NCBI GenBank assembly: GCA_905331295.1
Contig: CAJNYD010000002.1
Coordinates: 62,001 to 126,000 of the forward strand
Origin: Rotaria socialis
Taxonomy: Eukaryota
Direction of reading: 5' to 3'
Length of the DNA stretch: 64,000 nucleotides
Shown here piece after piece: positions 36,040 to 50,191 of this stretch (positions are counted from its first letter, which is position 1; each line of letters opens with the position of its first letter). The translations under genes were made by a program, and so were the position numbers. The notes beneath the pieces are model-generated. The model was given only the letters and a program-made list of their open reading frames with translations. It searched no databases and was not told the origin of the DNA.

Positions 36040-37044
36040 ATGTCATCAAACTCATCGAAGACAGATATCATTCTAAATTTGATCTTAATCTCAGCGCAAA
36101 TCAATCGTTATTTCTCGATTGTTATTCTTCTTTTCGGCACGATTGGTAATATTTTGAATTGTCTTGTTTTATCTCAAAAATCTCTTCGATCAAATCCATG
36201 TTCTTGGCTTTTTCTTGCATCATCAATTTCAAGTCTTATCACTCTCATTTCGGGTGTTGCAGTTCGTTTATTGACGGGCTGGTCTGCCGATCTAACAAAC
36301 ACAGTTCCATGGCTTTGTAAATTGCGTATTTTTGTTCTGTTTGTTTCAAGAACAATTGCTTCATGGCTAATCATGTTGGCTACAGTTGATAGATGGTTTT
36401 CATCAAGTATCGATGTCAATCGTCGCCATATGAGTAAACTGGAAAATGCTCAGCTGGGCACACTTCTTGTTGTGATTCTATCAAGTCTTGCGTATACACA
36501 AATATTCTATTGTTATGAAGCTAATCTTACTAATGCACCTTTGGAATGTTACGGACGAACAATTTGGTGTCGTTTACTAATCGATTTCACATTTGCTACA
36601 ATTGGCGTTATCATTCCTTCAATACTGATGTTGTCTTTTGGTATTATGACAATTCTGAATATACGTGTGGTTGCTAAGCGACGTATACAACCTGCGAGTA
36701 TTTCCATCGAGACACAAGTTACAACGAACGGACAACAGCCACGTTGGAAGAAATCTGATCGACATCTGATTGTTATGCTACTGGTTCAAGTTGTTCTTCT
36801 CACACTATTCTCATTACCACAGGTCATCCAAAATATCTACGCAAACAGTACGATGTATTTGGCAAGACCACAATTACAAATTGGCATCAACAATTTCATT
36901 TTCAATCTATTTCTACTACTCACTTATGTAACAAATGGAATGCCGTTCTATATTTATACATTAGCTGGTGGATCCATATTTCGAAAAGCACTTTATAATA
37001 TTTTAAAACAATTAACCCAAAAGATTTTATGCCGAAAAGATTAA
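36040..37044 (+). CDS. Class A (rhodopsin-like) GPCR, intronless
   Basis: Seven hydrophobic segments, GN in TM1, CKLR...DRW at TM3, LP in TM6 and PFYIY in TM7. Confidence 0.9.
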   Translation: MSSNSSKTDIILNLILISAQINRYFSIVILLFGTIGNILNCLVLSQKSLRSNPCSWLFLASSISSLITLISGVAVRLLTGWSADLTNTVPWLCKLRIFVLFVSRTIASWLIMLATVDRWFSSSIDVNRRHMSKLENAQLGTLLVVILSSLAYTQIFYCYEANLTNAPLECYGRTIWCRLLIDFTFATIGVIIPSILMLSFGIMTILNIRVVAKRRIQPASISIETQVTTNGQQPRWKKSDRHLIVMLLVQVVLLTLFSLPQVIQNIYANSTMYLARPQLQIGINNFIFNLFLLLTYVTNGMPFYIYTLAGGSIFRKALYNILKQLTQKILCRKD

Positions 37045-38228
37045 AAAAAAAACATCTTTTTAATAAATGCATTTCATGTAACAAGAAATCATTGAAATTA
37101 AATTCAAAACAAACAACATCAAGAAGGATGATGGTGGTGCCAGTATGCGTGTGACTTTTGATTTTCTTTGGATTTGAATTTCAGTGTTGTCGATTGATTC
37201 CTAGTGGTTAGCGGCTAACTCTTGTTATATTTTTCTTTCCTTTCTTTGATCTGAACTATCTCAGGTCATTCTTTATTTTGCCCATATATTTCTATTTTTT
37301 CCAAACCCTCGACATAAATATACAAATATATGTATCGATTTTTTTTCTATCATTTAGTAGTGTGTGCGCGCGTATATGTGTAGTGAACCTAAAATGTGAT
37401 GTGATGTGATATTTGTTTTCGATTTGAAATAAATAAAAAGAAATCGAACATAAAGCTCTTTCTCTACCCGCTAATACTAGTGCATTGGAAAAAGCATATG
37501 AATTGCTTAAAACAAAGAAGTAAATTACAAGAGCATATAAAAATATGCTTCGCAATTCGAGTTGGAATATGTTGTAGTTATATCTGAGAAGTAAGTAGTG
37601 CTATACTGCGGAAGAGAAACACATCATCGGTATATAGTGTGTTGCTATGTATATTATCTATAATAGATATTTATTTATTTTCTGGACCTATCACTATGTT
37701 TTGCAGCGTGTTGAAAACTTGCAAGTATAATTTTTTGAGTCGACTTCAATTCTTCTCGTTCTATTGAGCTGAACCCACGGGTTACTGATAGAAATTTATA
37801 CTTATTGAGATATGTCTCATAGTCAAATTCTTACAGTAATCTCGCACCTTATGGTGTAATTTTAATTCCCGCTGGTATATAGAATATTTATAGTATTTCC
37901 ATGATTTCATAATCATGCATCAATTTGTCGAGAGTACTTTATTGTATTAATTAGCTAATGCTTGATTTTAAACACTAATTTTAACAGCTAATGCTCTTGA
38001 TGGCAGCCTATTTTCATCTCTAGCATAACATTTAATTTCTCTTTAATACGATGAGTTGAAGCATATCTTAAAATACTGAACTCTATTTGATTAGCACTTT
38101 AAGGAAACATAAATTTAGAGTCTCGCATTATTCATGAGCAATTCTGTCAGCGAACAGTTATATTCTTGTTCGTTAGATGTAGTACATGGTTGATATATGT
38201 ATTTTCTTTCTTTACTATCATACATATA

Positions 38229-39043
38229 CAGTGAAACCTCTCTAAGATGAATACTGACGGGACTGTTCAAAACGTGTTCATTAAAGGAGGCGTTCATCTT
38301 AGAGAAGTACCCTGTTGAATGAAGTCTATATATCTATATAGTACATGGTTAGTATATACGAATGATAAATATACACCTTTTATACTAATATCTATTACGA
38401 TCAGTGCCTAATTTAGAAAAATCGGTTTTATCTACTGTATATACTTCTTTATTTATCTTGTAACAAAGGAAAAGACTATTTTATTGATTTGAACTATTAA
38501 ACATCTATTCAGTTTTAAACAAAAAAACGAACAAAGTTGTCATCTATTTATTTACATCTAATCATTTTTTATGAAAAAGTCTTTAATGGTTGCTTGCTTG
38601 ACTCCGTTTGAGTCGATAAAAAGTTGAGTAAGCTGTGAATCCAATTGAGAAATCAGCGAATGTAATTGTGGTTATTCTCTCACGTAGAATCGATTCGCTC
38701 ATCGCGGACTATTCACTTTCATTGTTCTGTTTGTGTCATACATACGACAAAATTTGTTATGACGAATTGACCGTCCAAATTTAATTTATCATTGTTTTAT
38801 TATGTGCAATCTATTTTTTCATCTACTTATTTCATACACGAAAGTGTAATTGGTCAGTGTATGTTCACTTTAGAGAGGTGTTTTTCTACAGAAATGACTG
38901 AAAAAAGTGTTCAATGTTCAGAGTTGGGAGATGTTCATCTTGCAGAGATATATTTACAGCAAAAATCGATCGGGGTTCCGAAACATCTGTTCAAATGGAA
39001 GGTGTTCATTATAGAGAGGTGTTCATTAATAGATGTTTCACTG
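38229..39043 (-). mobile_element. Internally deleted pogo/Tigger-like element
   Basis: TA-CAGTGAAACCTCT...AGATGTTTCACTG-TA, with a remnant C-terminus KQATIKDFF on the - strand near 38570-38650. Confidence 0.8.
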
Positions 39044-39738
39044 TACGTTCTTTTCTTTCTCCTTCTTTTTTTCTTCTTTGATCTTCTTCTACTGCATTCT
39101 ATTCTCTTCTTTGATCTTCTTTTTCTTCTACTCACACACATATATATACTAGAGCATTTTTTTGGTAAAAAGAAAGAGAGAGAATTATTCTTGTTCCTTA
39201 ATAAAAGAAAAACGAAAATAAGGACAGTTTTTATGGCCTTGATAAACTGTAACAGATTCTGAGTAGATAAATGGAAATGAGGAATTATGTGATGTTTCTT
39301 GTTTCTAATTGTTTTCTGACATCTAGTTTTACAAATGAAATACAACATGTTAAGCTCTTATTCTTCATTGTGATTTTGATCTTTCAATATTCAACAAAAT
39401 GCAATCTGATGATGACAGGTAGCAAGGAAGTGATCATCTGATATATGAGAATAACTAAAACAAGAAAAAATATCTGCTTTTTTCAGTATCAACTCGAGAC
39501 AAGATGTATCGATCCTGTATATAAGTTCAATTAAGTCAGATTATGTTCAGTACATAAAAGATAAATATCATCTGTATGTCTATCAGCAACTGTCGTGGGC
39601 CTGCCCTTAATGTTATCATATCATTCTTTTTCTTCTTCTATCTAGTCACCCGCCACAGCTATCGTCATATATATATATATATATATATATATAAATGTAT
39701 AAATATATGTTTTCTTCTCAATGGAGGAGTGATATATA

Positions 39739-42644
39739 TGTCGTGCCGAAGTTACACTCTTTGCCGAAGTTATAACTTCGACAAAATTTTTGCCGAAGTT
39801 ACAACTTCGACGGACACTATTGTCGAAGTTATAACTTCGACGATTATCTTTGCCGAAGTTATAACTTCGGCAATACAACTTGCCGAAGTTAAACTTCGAC
39901 AAGCAAATTTTGTCGAAGTTACTGTGAATGAGTTGATAAACATTAAACATTAAAAAATCAATGTAATTTTTTCGATATCAATATTAATAACTATTTTTTA
40001 ATTTAATAGAGATAGAAAGAAATCTATTGAATTTTTTTTTCACAAAATATACAAGAAATTCACAAATACAACACAAATAACAAACCTACATAATAAATTA
40101 TATATTAAAACTATTTATTACGACATGTTGTCGAATTATGACATCGAGAATTGCATAAAATTTTAGCTTGTTTACACTTGCATCTACTAGTTGTGCAACC
40201 ACCTTTGCATGAACATTTTAACATTCCTTGTCCACCAGTAATGCTTTGAAGTTTAACTACTTCTCTTAACGATTTTTTAATACCTTGATCGACATTTTCA
40301 ACTAATATAGTTGATGTTCCAGTTGCCTTTGATATTTGATGAAAACTATAATAACCATTAATGATACCTTGTTCTACTCCTAATTTGTATTTGTCATCTT
40401 TTATTTCCATAACAACAGCAAGTACATTACGCGCATCAGTTGGACCACGATCAACATCTGGTACTGGAATCAACTAAAAACAAGATTATTATTTATTGAA
40501 TAATATACGAATCAATATTACTTACAACATTATCACCAACGTTTAGATCAGCTAATTTATGTCGTTTAGCTGTATTCCGTAAAAATTCATCGGCTTGCCG
40601 TTTTTGACCTTGTCGCGCAGTTTCACGAATATCATTTGTTCTTTTAGCTCTATTGGTAAGTAATTCATCGTTTTTTTCATTTTGTTCAGTAATATTTAAT
40701 TGATCATTGTCTTTTAATTCATCATTAATATTCGGTTCATCAATTTTTAATTCATCTTCTTCACTATCACTTGCAGATGAATTCACATCAAGTGCATCAT
40801 TTGTTAATAGACCTAATTCATTTGTTAATTCTTCTTCTGTTGTTATATCATTGAAAATAGAAGGATGTAAAGATGTTGATGATAAACCTAATTTTGGTTG
40901 ATTGCCAAATAAAACTGCATATGGACTATTATTTAATACACGATGAAAACATGAATTTTTTTGAAATTGTACAAAGCGCAAGCCTTCGGCCCATTTAGTG
41001 GAGTTGTTTTCGCGAATCCATGTTCCTAAACAATAAGCAAGATATTAGAAATAACTATTTTTGATATGACATACCTAATAATTGCTTTGTATCTTGATTA
41101 GATCTCTCCACAGATCCTTGCGATTGTGGGTGACGAGGTTTTCCGTGGACAATTTTAAGATCTTTCCATATTAATGCTAATTCTTCAATAACTTTTGCAA
41201 CGAATTCACGGCCATTATCTGATTGTAAGATTGCAGGTGCACCAAATGTAGTAAAAATATCTAATAAATTGTACGCGACTTCTGCTGCGGTTTTTGATTT
41301 AAGTGGTCGTAAAATACAAAATTTTGTAAAATGATCTTGATAATTTAATATAAACTTAAATTTACCATCAGGAGAAGATTGCATGTCTATTAAATCAACT
41401 TGACCACGTGAATGAAAATCATTTGAAATAATTGGACGTACTACTAATTTCGATGAGTTTTTTGGTTTTGCACGTTTTATGTTACATTCATTACATTCAG
41501 AAATAAATAACTTAACTTGTTTTTCGGTAATATTAGCACATTTTTTTTTAATTTCTTTTAAAGTATACTTAATTCCACGGTGACCGATATTAAAATGAGC
41601 GATTCTAATTACATCATAAACTTCATTGATGGGAACATAATATTTAATTGATGTATCTTCAGATCCTTGGATTTTTTTTACTAATTTATCTTGATTACTA
41701 AGATTAAGTACATCATACGTTTTTAATAATGATATCTCTTGATCATTTCTTCTAGCACTACTTTTTAATTTTGCATTATTTATTAATTCTATTGTTTGAT
41801 TATATCTTTCTAATGTAAAAACTGGATTATTTAACGATTCATTTCTGATTCGTAATATTTTATCAATAAAATCATTTTTTAGTTTCATATTCTTATTAAC
41901 TGTTTTTGGCATTAACACTTTACTAAATGTCGTAACAGATGAAGCAGTGGCTATCTATATTAAAATACTTCGTTTCTTTCTCAAAATATTTTCATTTACT
42001 TACCTTTGCAGGTGACAAAATAGATGCGGAAGTCATTTCGTGAAAATGCAATTACAAGAATCAATGGTTTACTTCAACAAAAACTTTCGAACAATACTTT
42101 AACTTTCATTTATACCTCATATATGAATATTATTCACAGTGTAATCCAATTATCTTATAATTAATTGTCTTATGTGTTCCTTCTTTATAAATTAGGCTTA
42201 TTAGATATAAATTTATTTCAATCAAATACGTTTAATTAACAAAAAAACGAAAAAGAAAAGAAAAGTACAAAAAAAAATGAAAAGGACAAAAATTGAATAG
42301 ATCTTTGAATCATAAATAGCTTTGTAAATTGTACCAGAGCAATACTTTCATAATTGTCCATCTAGGTTCAAAAACGTGCAAATATAATAAAATACATATT
42401 TTATTATTCAAAAATGTCTTGTATATTTTTTGAAAAAAAATTCAATAAATTTCTTTCTATCTCTATTAAATTAAAAAATAGTTATTAATATTGATATCGA
42501 AAAAATTACGTTGATTTTTTAATGTTTAATGTTTATCAACTCATTCACAGTAACTTCGACAAAATTTGCTTGTCGAAGTTTAACTTCGGCAAGTTGTATT
42601 GCCGAAGTTATAACTTCGGCTAAGAGTGTAACTTCGGCACGACA
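39739..42644 (-). mobile_element. Ginger2-like (KRBA2/SCAND3-type integrase) DNA transposon
   Basis: TGTCGTGCCGAAGTTACACTCT termini, 4-bp TSD TATA, and long TIRs (about 39739-40056 and 42417-42644). Confidence 0.88.
40111..42036 (-). CDS. Integrase-like DDE transposase, 4 exons
   Basis: HHCC-like motif (AHFNIGHRG...CNEC), QVDLID, QSDNGREF and PQSQGSVERSN, with a Cys-rich C-terminus. Exons about 42036-42004, 41954-41074, 41025-40524 and 40473-40111. Confidence 0.85.
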
Positions 42645-42754
42645 TATACATGATGAAAACTACGTAAATTACTGTCACGTTCTTAGCAGGAAATATAGAA
42701 GCAAATTACAACTTCTGGTGTTAGAGAAGATTATCTTTCAAAAGTCTGTGTAAC

Positions 42755-45700
42755 TAGAGGTGTCAGCCGAGGGGTTCAACGGCGGCGGCGCCAGTTTTTT
42801 TTTAAATACTCAGCGGCGGCTGTTTCAAATGTTTAGGCTGCACAGCGGCGGCGGCTTAAAAATCCTTTTTTTTTGTCATTACCGGCGGCGGCTTTGGGCC
42901 ATTCGTTGTTTGGCGGCGGCGGCTGGAAAACTGAAAAAGCAGTACAGTTTCATAAACAAGAAAAGTCTGTCCATTTCAATATCTTATCATTTATATTTTC
43001 GAACAAACATGTGAAACAACTTTATTTTACATCTTGATATAATAAATAAAGTACATAAATAATATTGAGATAGACAATAAATACAAAAAATAGAAATTCA
43101 TCAAAAAGGTAAATTACTAGAAAAAATGTACAAAAAACAAAAATCTTAGGTCGGTTTAAGTAAGCTATAGTTATCATGGATCATTTGTATTTTGCCCACA
43201 CTCTCTGGCAGTAACATAGTTCGTTTAGCGTTGAGTATCAATCCAGTTGTCGAAAAAACTCGTTCGCTAGGTGTCGACGTAGCAGGTATTGCAAGAATAA
43301 TTTGCGCAAGACGTTTTAAATGTGGAAATGTGTCGCCTGATAGTCGCCAGAACTCCAGTAAATCATCACAGCTGACGTCTAGCTTCAAATATTTTTCAAT
43401 CTCATTAGCAATAGGATCAACGACAGGCAGTGAACTTGGTGTATGTTTTTGAATCAAATTCTTACGAAGTTTCTTCAAACTGTGTACAGGCTCGTTCAAA
43501 TTCTCGATCGACAAATTACGTTTCATATTCGACGATGATGTTGCTGTACGTGCACTTGAATGTGAAGATATTGATGTATTTTCTGTTGTCGTTGTAGATA
43601 CTTGTGGATCATAATGGATTCGAAACTTTTTCATCATATCTAATAATGTTAATTCTTTTGTTGTTTGATTTTGTGCTAGATATCGAGTAATATCGATTTT
43701 CAATTGCGCTGGATCAAGTAGAAAAGCGCAAATATGTAATGAAACCACCGGAAATCTCTTGTTCAGGTTGTCCAATAGAAGAATTTTCAATTCACGAATA
43801 ACAGGTGATTCCATTTCAGTAATATTCAACGTGGATTCGATTTCCTATAATAAACATCAATTAACTAATAATATATTTCCAACTAAATGCTGCAATACGC
43901 TTATACCATAACAGATATAGTTTATTTCGAAAAAAAGCGTTTCATGACAGTAAATATCTTTCTTGAGGGTGTGCACTTATTTCTAGCTAGCTTTCATTCA
44001 TGATAGGTAAGATTTCATTTTTTTTAATACTTACCATTCGTAATAACAAGTATAAATTCATCGTTGTATAAGATTTTGATGCAGATAGAATTGTTGTTGC
44101 TGCTTCTAGTAAACCAAGAAACTCCACTAAATCATAAATAATTTGATTTTCAGTAGCTGATAAAATTAAATCAAAATACTTTAATCGTTGTAATAAAACT
44201 TCAATGCCAGATATGTTATCAATATAAGAACGCAGCATAATTAAAATCGTATTCCAACGAGTTAAAACACGTTTTTTTAATGTATGAAATGTCTCTGGAT
44301 CTGTTTGATTCGTTGACATTAAAGAATTCGACTTTGTTGAACATTGAATTTTTTTAGAATTGAATTGTAAATTATTGGATAACGGTGATTTTTTAAAATC
44401 ATTATTTATCATATTCTCATCCAAGGTTTCAAAATTAATATATGGTGAAGCTGCATCAGCATCTAAAAGTTCACCAGCTTTATTTATTGTTGATAATAAA
44501 TCATTGTTTATCATTTCATTCGATCGAAGGAATTCATGTTCAAGTTCATGTTGACGATAACGAAGTTTATTAATGATCATTTGAACATTATCTAATAAAT
44601 TTGGTACCAAATTCATTTCAGGAATACAATCTGTCATCAGCCAATTATGAATGCCATGTCCAATACAAAATGTATGAATCACCTTCAATAATTTCCATGC
44701 TTTGCGCATATTCGAACCTTGATCAGAGACCTAGACAAAGAAAAACCAAAACATAGCACAAATATTTCGTAAAAAGATGTTCCTTACTACAATTATATTA
44801 TTCGAGGTTAAACCAAATTCATGTAAAACAGTTAGAAAAAGATCTTTTATAGCTTCACCAGTATGTGATTCGTCAAATGGTTGTGTTTTCATGCTATAAT
44901 GGTGATATTGGAAATTTGAATCAAGAAAATGTATTGTGAAACAAATATATGAACGATGCTTGTATTTGTCGCACCATATATCACATGTTATTGTAGGAAA
45001 TTTTATTGCTGGTTTTAATAATTCTTTTGTTTTTTGATAGCAAACATCATATATTTTATTGAGATTAGCAGGTGATAACGTGGTGCGTGATGGAATTTCA
45101 GATTTTAAATTAACAACTTTATTAGAAAGCAAAAAATCTTGAAAACCTAAGCACGAACAAAATTATTCGATACATCGGACGGTCACAGAAAAGTTCTTAC
45201 CTTCATTTTCAACGATGGGAAATGGTAGAAGATCTCTACAACACATTAATGTCAATTGATGTCCTAATTGTTGTTTTAATTGCGATGACTTTGTGGTGCA
45301 ACGATCTCGAGAAAACATGGAAAGAATATGTTGGTTTGTCGTTTTTGTTTGTTGTGAATCTGTTACTTGGTGAGTTGCTAACAAATGACTTTTCATATTT
45401 CCTGTACTACTGGTATTCTTATAAATGCTAATAAGCTTCGTAGTTGAAGCAAAACTAGCATCAGGCTGCTCGTTTTTTATTTTTTCAAAACAAATATTGC
45501 AATAAACTCGTTCCATATCTAATGGCTCATTTGGTTTTTTGTACAAATGACCAAAATAATTCCAAACAAATGATGGTTTTGGTACATTGGGTGGTTTGAT
45601 GTTAATAAAACATCTTTGTTTAAACTATTCATAATCGACATATCGACTGAAAGACAAACCTAAAAACAAAGACCAAAATTATTAAAAAATAAGAAGCATC

Positions 45701-46272
45701 GACAAATTTACTAATATGACAAAAAACACCAGCAAGATTATTGACGAATGAAAAAATTATATCAAAACCATAAATAAATCGAAAATCATTAAGTTCTTTT
45801 ACAAATAAAACCAAGATTATTATTAACTGAAATATCGATACAAGCACTAAGAATATTAATAAACCAAAAATCACTATAATCACCAAGAATATTAATAAGT
45901 AAAAATCAATACAATCACGATTACCAAGTAAAAATTAAAATAACATAATGTATAAAAGTTAGTGTGTTGTTTTATTATCTGAAAATGGCAATACTTGTCT
46001 CTTTATATATACAATATAAGAAAAGGATATTAACAGCTGAAATCATTAGTTAGAATTTCTAACCAATGCAGAATTCAGGAAAATATGAATAAAAGATTAT
46101 CGATTTCTATGATAGGTGTCAGCGGCGGCGGCTAACAAATTTTAAAATTTCGGATTTCATCGGCGGCGCGGCGGCTGTAATTAAAGTCCTTCAGCGGCGG
46201 CGGCTTAAAAATTCTTAAAATTTTTCCTGCCACAGCGGCGGCGGCGGCTCAGCCGCACGGCTGACACCTCTA
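42755..46272 (-). mobile_element. Full-length hAT transposon
   Basis: TIR TAGAGGTGTCAGCCG, 8-bp TSD TGTGTAAC (42747-42754 and 46273-46280), and subterminal GCGGCGGC repeats. Confidence 0.95.
43146..45632 (-). CDS. hAT transposase, multi-exon
   Basis: BED finger (SFVWNYF...CNIC...HLLATH), TCDIW, SDQGSNM, CIGH, TRWN and the hATC motif ATSTPSERVFS. Confidence 0.9.
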
Positions 46273-46359
46273 TGTGTAACGCAGAGAAAAAGAAATATGA
46301 GATTCAAATATAAAGAACTGGAATGTAAGTAGATTTCATCATTTTTTCATAATGCGCTT

Positions 46360-47615
46360 TAAACGAACTTAAGAGAAAGTAGACTTATCATTTGAAAGCA
46401 GTCAAGCAGCTGCCTGTTTATGAAAATATATATTTGTACCATTAACGTTAACGATAAAGTACGACTTGGCCAAGGTTGGATTAATGGATTCAAAAACTCG
46501 CATTCCTTGAACTGTAGTCGAACTAACTTTGAAAAGATGACTAGATATAGAATCCTCGTCATTGCCAGTTGAATCTTCATTATCTGTGCAATTTCCAGTA
46601 GTATATTCATCTTATTCACCACTACTATCATCTGAATCTGAGTTAAAGTCTGAATATTGTTGGTTAAGATGTGAATAATCGACTATTCGTGATTTTTGAA
46701 GTTGAAAACTAGTCAGTTTTGACATTTTTCTTAGCGATAAGATTTGATGTTGTTGATACATATTTACGTTACATACGAGACGACTTGCATAAGAATACGC
46801 TCGTAAAATAGTATTTTCGAGTACTTTAACTGTTACTTGTACGATAGAAGTCGATGCTATAGATGATATTTGTTTAGAATCGACTATCCTAGACTGTTGC
46901 GAATATGAGTAAATAAAAATTTATTATTGGAATCATTGGCGTGGCTATCGCCAGCTTGATATTTAATAAAATTTAGAAACGATACATTTTTTACGGGTGT
47001 GGGTGTCGCCGAGATCTTAATGTGTACCAAATGAAGATCACATCAACAACCACACAAACACCCTCGATACATTTACTATTGGTAGAACAGACAAGATGAT
47101 AATTACATCTGGTAGAGCTGAATAAATGATTGATGGAAATCGTTGAACTTGCTTGGTAGCTTTTCTCGTTCCTTTTTGAGTAGTTTAATGAGACTATGAA
47201 CCGATGATGCAACTCCTAGTCAAAGTGCAATCGTTCATCGGTTAACGTAATGCATGTATGCTTTTTTAGATCATTTAATTGATCGAATTTAAGCTGGAGT
47301 ATAGCAAACAGTGAAAATTTGTTAATTATATGAGATTCTATGAGATTACCGTCGAATTTTTGCGCAACAGAATCAAAATTATAATTGATTCAAATCTTCT
47401 AAATCAAATATAATTTGACAATTTTTCACGAGGCAGTAGCATATTTACGTCCAAGGAATGAATCAACTCCATTGCATTCTTGAAAAGCAAACAATTATGC
47501 GACTCACTTTCCAGAAATTTGACGAATTAAATCGTAAAACGCATCATCACGAAGATCCATGATATTCGAAGGAAGTGTTTTTGTGTAGATTTGTGAATAT
47601 TTCGGGGTAGACATA
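46360..47615 (-). pseudogene. Degraded ORF, probably transposon-associated
   Basis: Reads MSTPKYSQIYTKTLPSNIMDLRDDAFYDLIRQISGK*VA*LFAFQECNGVDSFL from about 47615, with multiple stops and frameshifts. Confidence 0.35.
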
Positions 47616-49037
47616 GTAAAATAGCGGAATTAATAAAATGAGCAGTATGCGAGTGAGTTCTTTTTAAAAGATGGAAATGAAACGAAAACAAAAGGAGAAA
47701 GAGATATTTTCAGTTTTTCGTTCTGAATTATTGTGTCACATGAGCAAATGAGCACATGAATACATGAACACCCGAAAAAAGAAAAATATCGCCTTAGATT
47801 ATATATCGAGTGTCTACAGTTCGTCGCGATCGACCGGAATATATGTAGACAATTTAAGATGATATTTGTTATGATGATACAATACTTTCTATACTATTAA
47901 CTATTTAAATGACAACAAATTTCATTGTCTTGAATAAAAAGCATTTTATTCTAAATCATTGGTAATATTTGCTATTGATTGCTGCTGATTGCTTTGATTG
48001 CCAATGATTGCTTTGATTGCAATCAGCTTTTTCCCCTTGATATTTTATGTAAAAAAATCGCAAAGAAACCTTGAGTCGGGGCTCATGATAAGAGAAGCAT
48101 ATCGAATTTTTTGGTAAAGAATTCTGATTTCTGATGAAATGACAAACCGAATAGTCTCGATTTCAATCGGAACCATTATACATTTTATATAAAAAGATAG
48201 ATCTTGATCAGTTCTAGTGTTCTATGCAAGAACATTGGGAAAAAATCTTAGCGACAAAAAATTACCCTACAAATATCAAGCTGTGTACATGTTTTTATGT
48301 TTGTTTTGATTAATATTTTTCGCATGCTGCTAGAAAGAGCAACGAACTCAGTAAAACGAATACGATATTCAAAATGAGTGTTCAAACCTGAGTAAATACA
48401 TATACATTTCAAAGAATTTCAAGCATTTTTATTTTTTTCCAATATTATCCCCGCAGTCCCTCTCAGGGGTACGTGGAAAAATCAATCGCATCAAACACAT
48501 CTTGAAAGTTATTAAATACAAGTTTTCAGTGGGTAAGGATGTGGGCGTACAGCTGTGCATAAACTGAAGAGATACACCCACACCCTGATATTTATTTCGA
48601 TGAAATTTCAGGTCTAGCGACTTGATCGAAATTGATTTTTTGTATTTAATAATTCGAATGAATATTTTCTTTTCAACGATAAATAAAATTTTTGAATAGA
48701 TTTCTCAATAAGTTTTATTTCCCAATTGATTGTTAGAATAGATTAAACAAAGTTGATGAATAGAAACTTCAATGGATATGTATAATGCTACTTTGTTCAG
48801 AGTTTATTCAATTACATTGAATATAACTTGAAGGTTTAGTTAGTTTTTCTATCATTGAAGGTAATTTCTTATGTTACGGATCAATGAACAAACTGTTCTT
48901 CATCGTTTCTTTTTCTTTTTCTTTTTCTTCAATATGAATCGTCTATCTTCATTTGATCAAAAGTGAATATTAATAAAGTAAGAAGAATGAATCAAAATAT
49001 TTTCATTGAAAATAGTTCATTCGTTAGTATAGATTAA

Positions 49038-50191
49038 ATGGCTAATAGTTCAAAGAATAATCATCCTTGGTTTGAAATTTGTCAGTCACGTCCAACAGCA
49101 AAATATCAAGTATTTATATTTCCATCTGCTGGTACACCAGGTAGAATTTAATCTTTGATAATTTTTCTTCATATTTAACCAAAATTTTAGGTCAATATTA
49201 CCGTGAATGGGGAAAAAATTTTCCTGAATTTGAATTTTCATTAATAATCTATCCTGGACGATTAACTAGAATGAGTGAAAATTTACTAACAACTATAAAA
49301 GAATATCTTATGGAAATGACTACAGGACTTATACCTTATATAAATAAACCATGTATTTTTATTGGGCATAGGTATTATTTATTAATTATTTTCTTATTTT
49401 AATGTTAATCGTTTCAATATTTTATTCAAGTGTTGGAACTGCAATTAATTTTGCATTAGCTAAACATATGATTGACACCAATAATAGAGGCAATTTAATT
49501 AAATTATTAATTGAAATGGGAAGAGGACCACCTCATTTGAAAGGTTGATTTTAATTAATTAATTAAGGGTAGTTATTTTTTTATACAAAAAAATCTTTAG
49601 ATCCTGATCTATCTTTTGCTCAAATGACTGACGAAGAAATAGTTCAAGATTTAAAGAAAATGGCAGGTATATAATAGTTAGTGTTCTTTTTCTTTCTTAA
49701 AAGAACCTTGTTTCTTTTCATTTTCAGATCCAAAAACACGAGAAGTTTATGATTTTCCATCATTTGTTCAAATGTTAATACCAATGTTAAAAGCTGATGC
49801 ATTGGTTTAGTTCATCTTTTTTTAAATACTCAACTGAAAAAAACCATTTCTTTTGTCAACATTTATTTTAGGTTGGTGACGATTTATTATCTACAACTCC
49901 AATAAATGTGCCAATTATTGTTTATGGTGGAGAAAAAGAAGAAAATGTTAAAGAACCATTTTTAAATAGGTCTATTTCATATTCTTCTTTTTTTAATAAT
50001 AATCTTGATCAATAAGTTTAAAAAAATATTTTAGATGGAAAGAACTAACAACAACAAATGATTTATTTCGCGTTCGAATGTTTAATGGACATCATAATTT
50101 TCAATCCGAATGTCAAAATGAAGTTTTAGAATCTGTTAAACAAGATTTTAAATATTTAATTGAATATTTAAATAATAAAGAATTTCATTAA
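49038..50191 (+). CDS. Type II thioesterase (GrsT/RifR-like alpha/beta hydrolase), 7 exons
   Basis: Exons 49038-49140, 49191-49371, 49431-49543, 49601-49666, 49728-49804, 49872-49969 and 50035-50191 splice in frame. Motifs FIFPSAG, YPGR, FIGHSVG, PMLKAD, PIIVYGG, W-KELT and FNGHHNF. Confidence 0.88.

Noticed and set aside
38792..39348. Overlapping 156-aa and 137-aa ORFs
   Set aside because: They derive from a MITE end plus a low-complexity CTT tract.
39760..39920. ATAACTTCG...CGAAGTTA arms resembling loxP, and a CRISPR-like periodicity
   Set aside because: The spacing and inner arm bases differ from loxP. The spacers are only about 13 nt, there are no cas genes, and the array is part of a transposon TIR.
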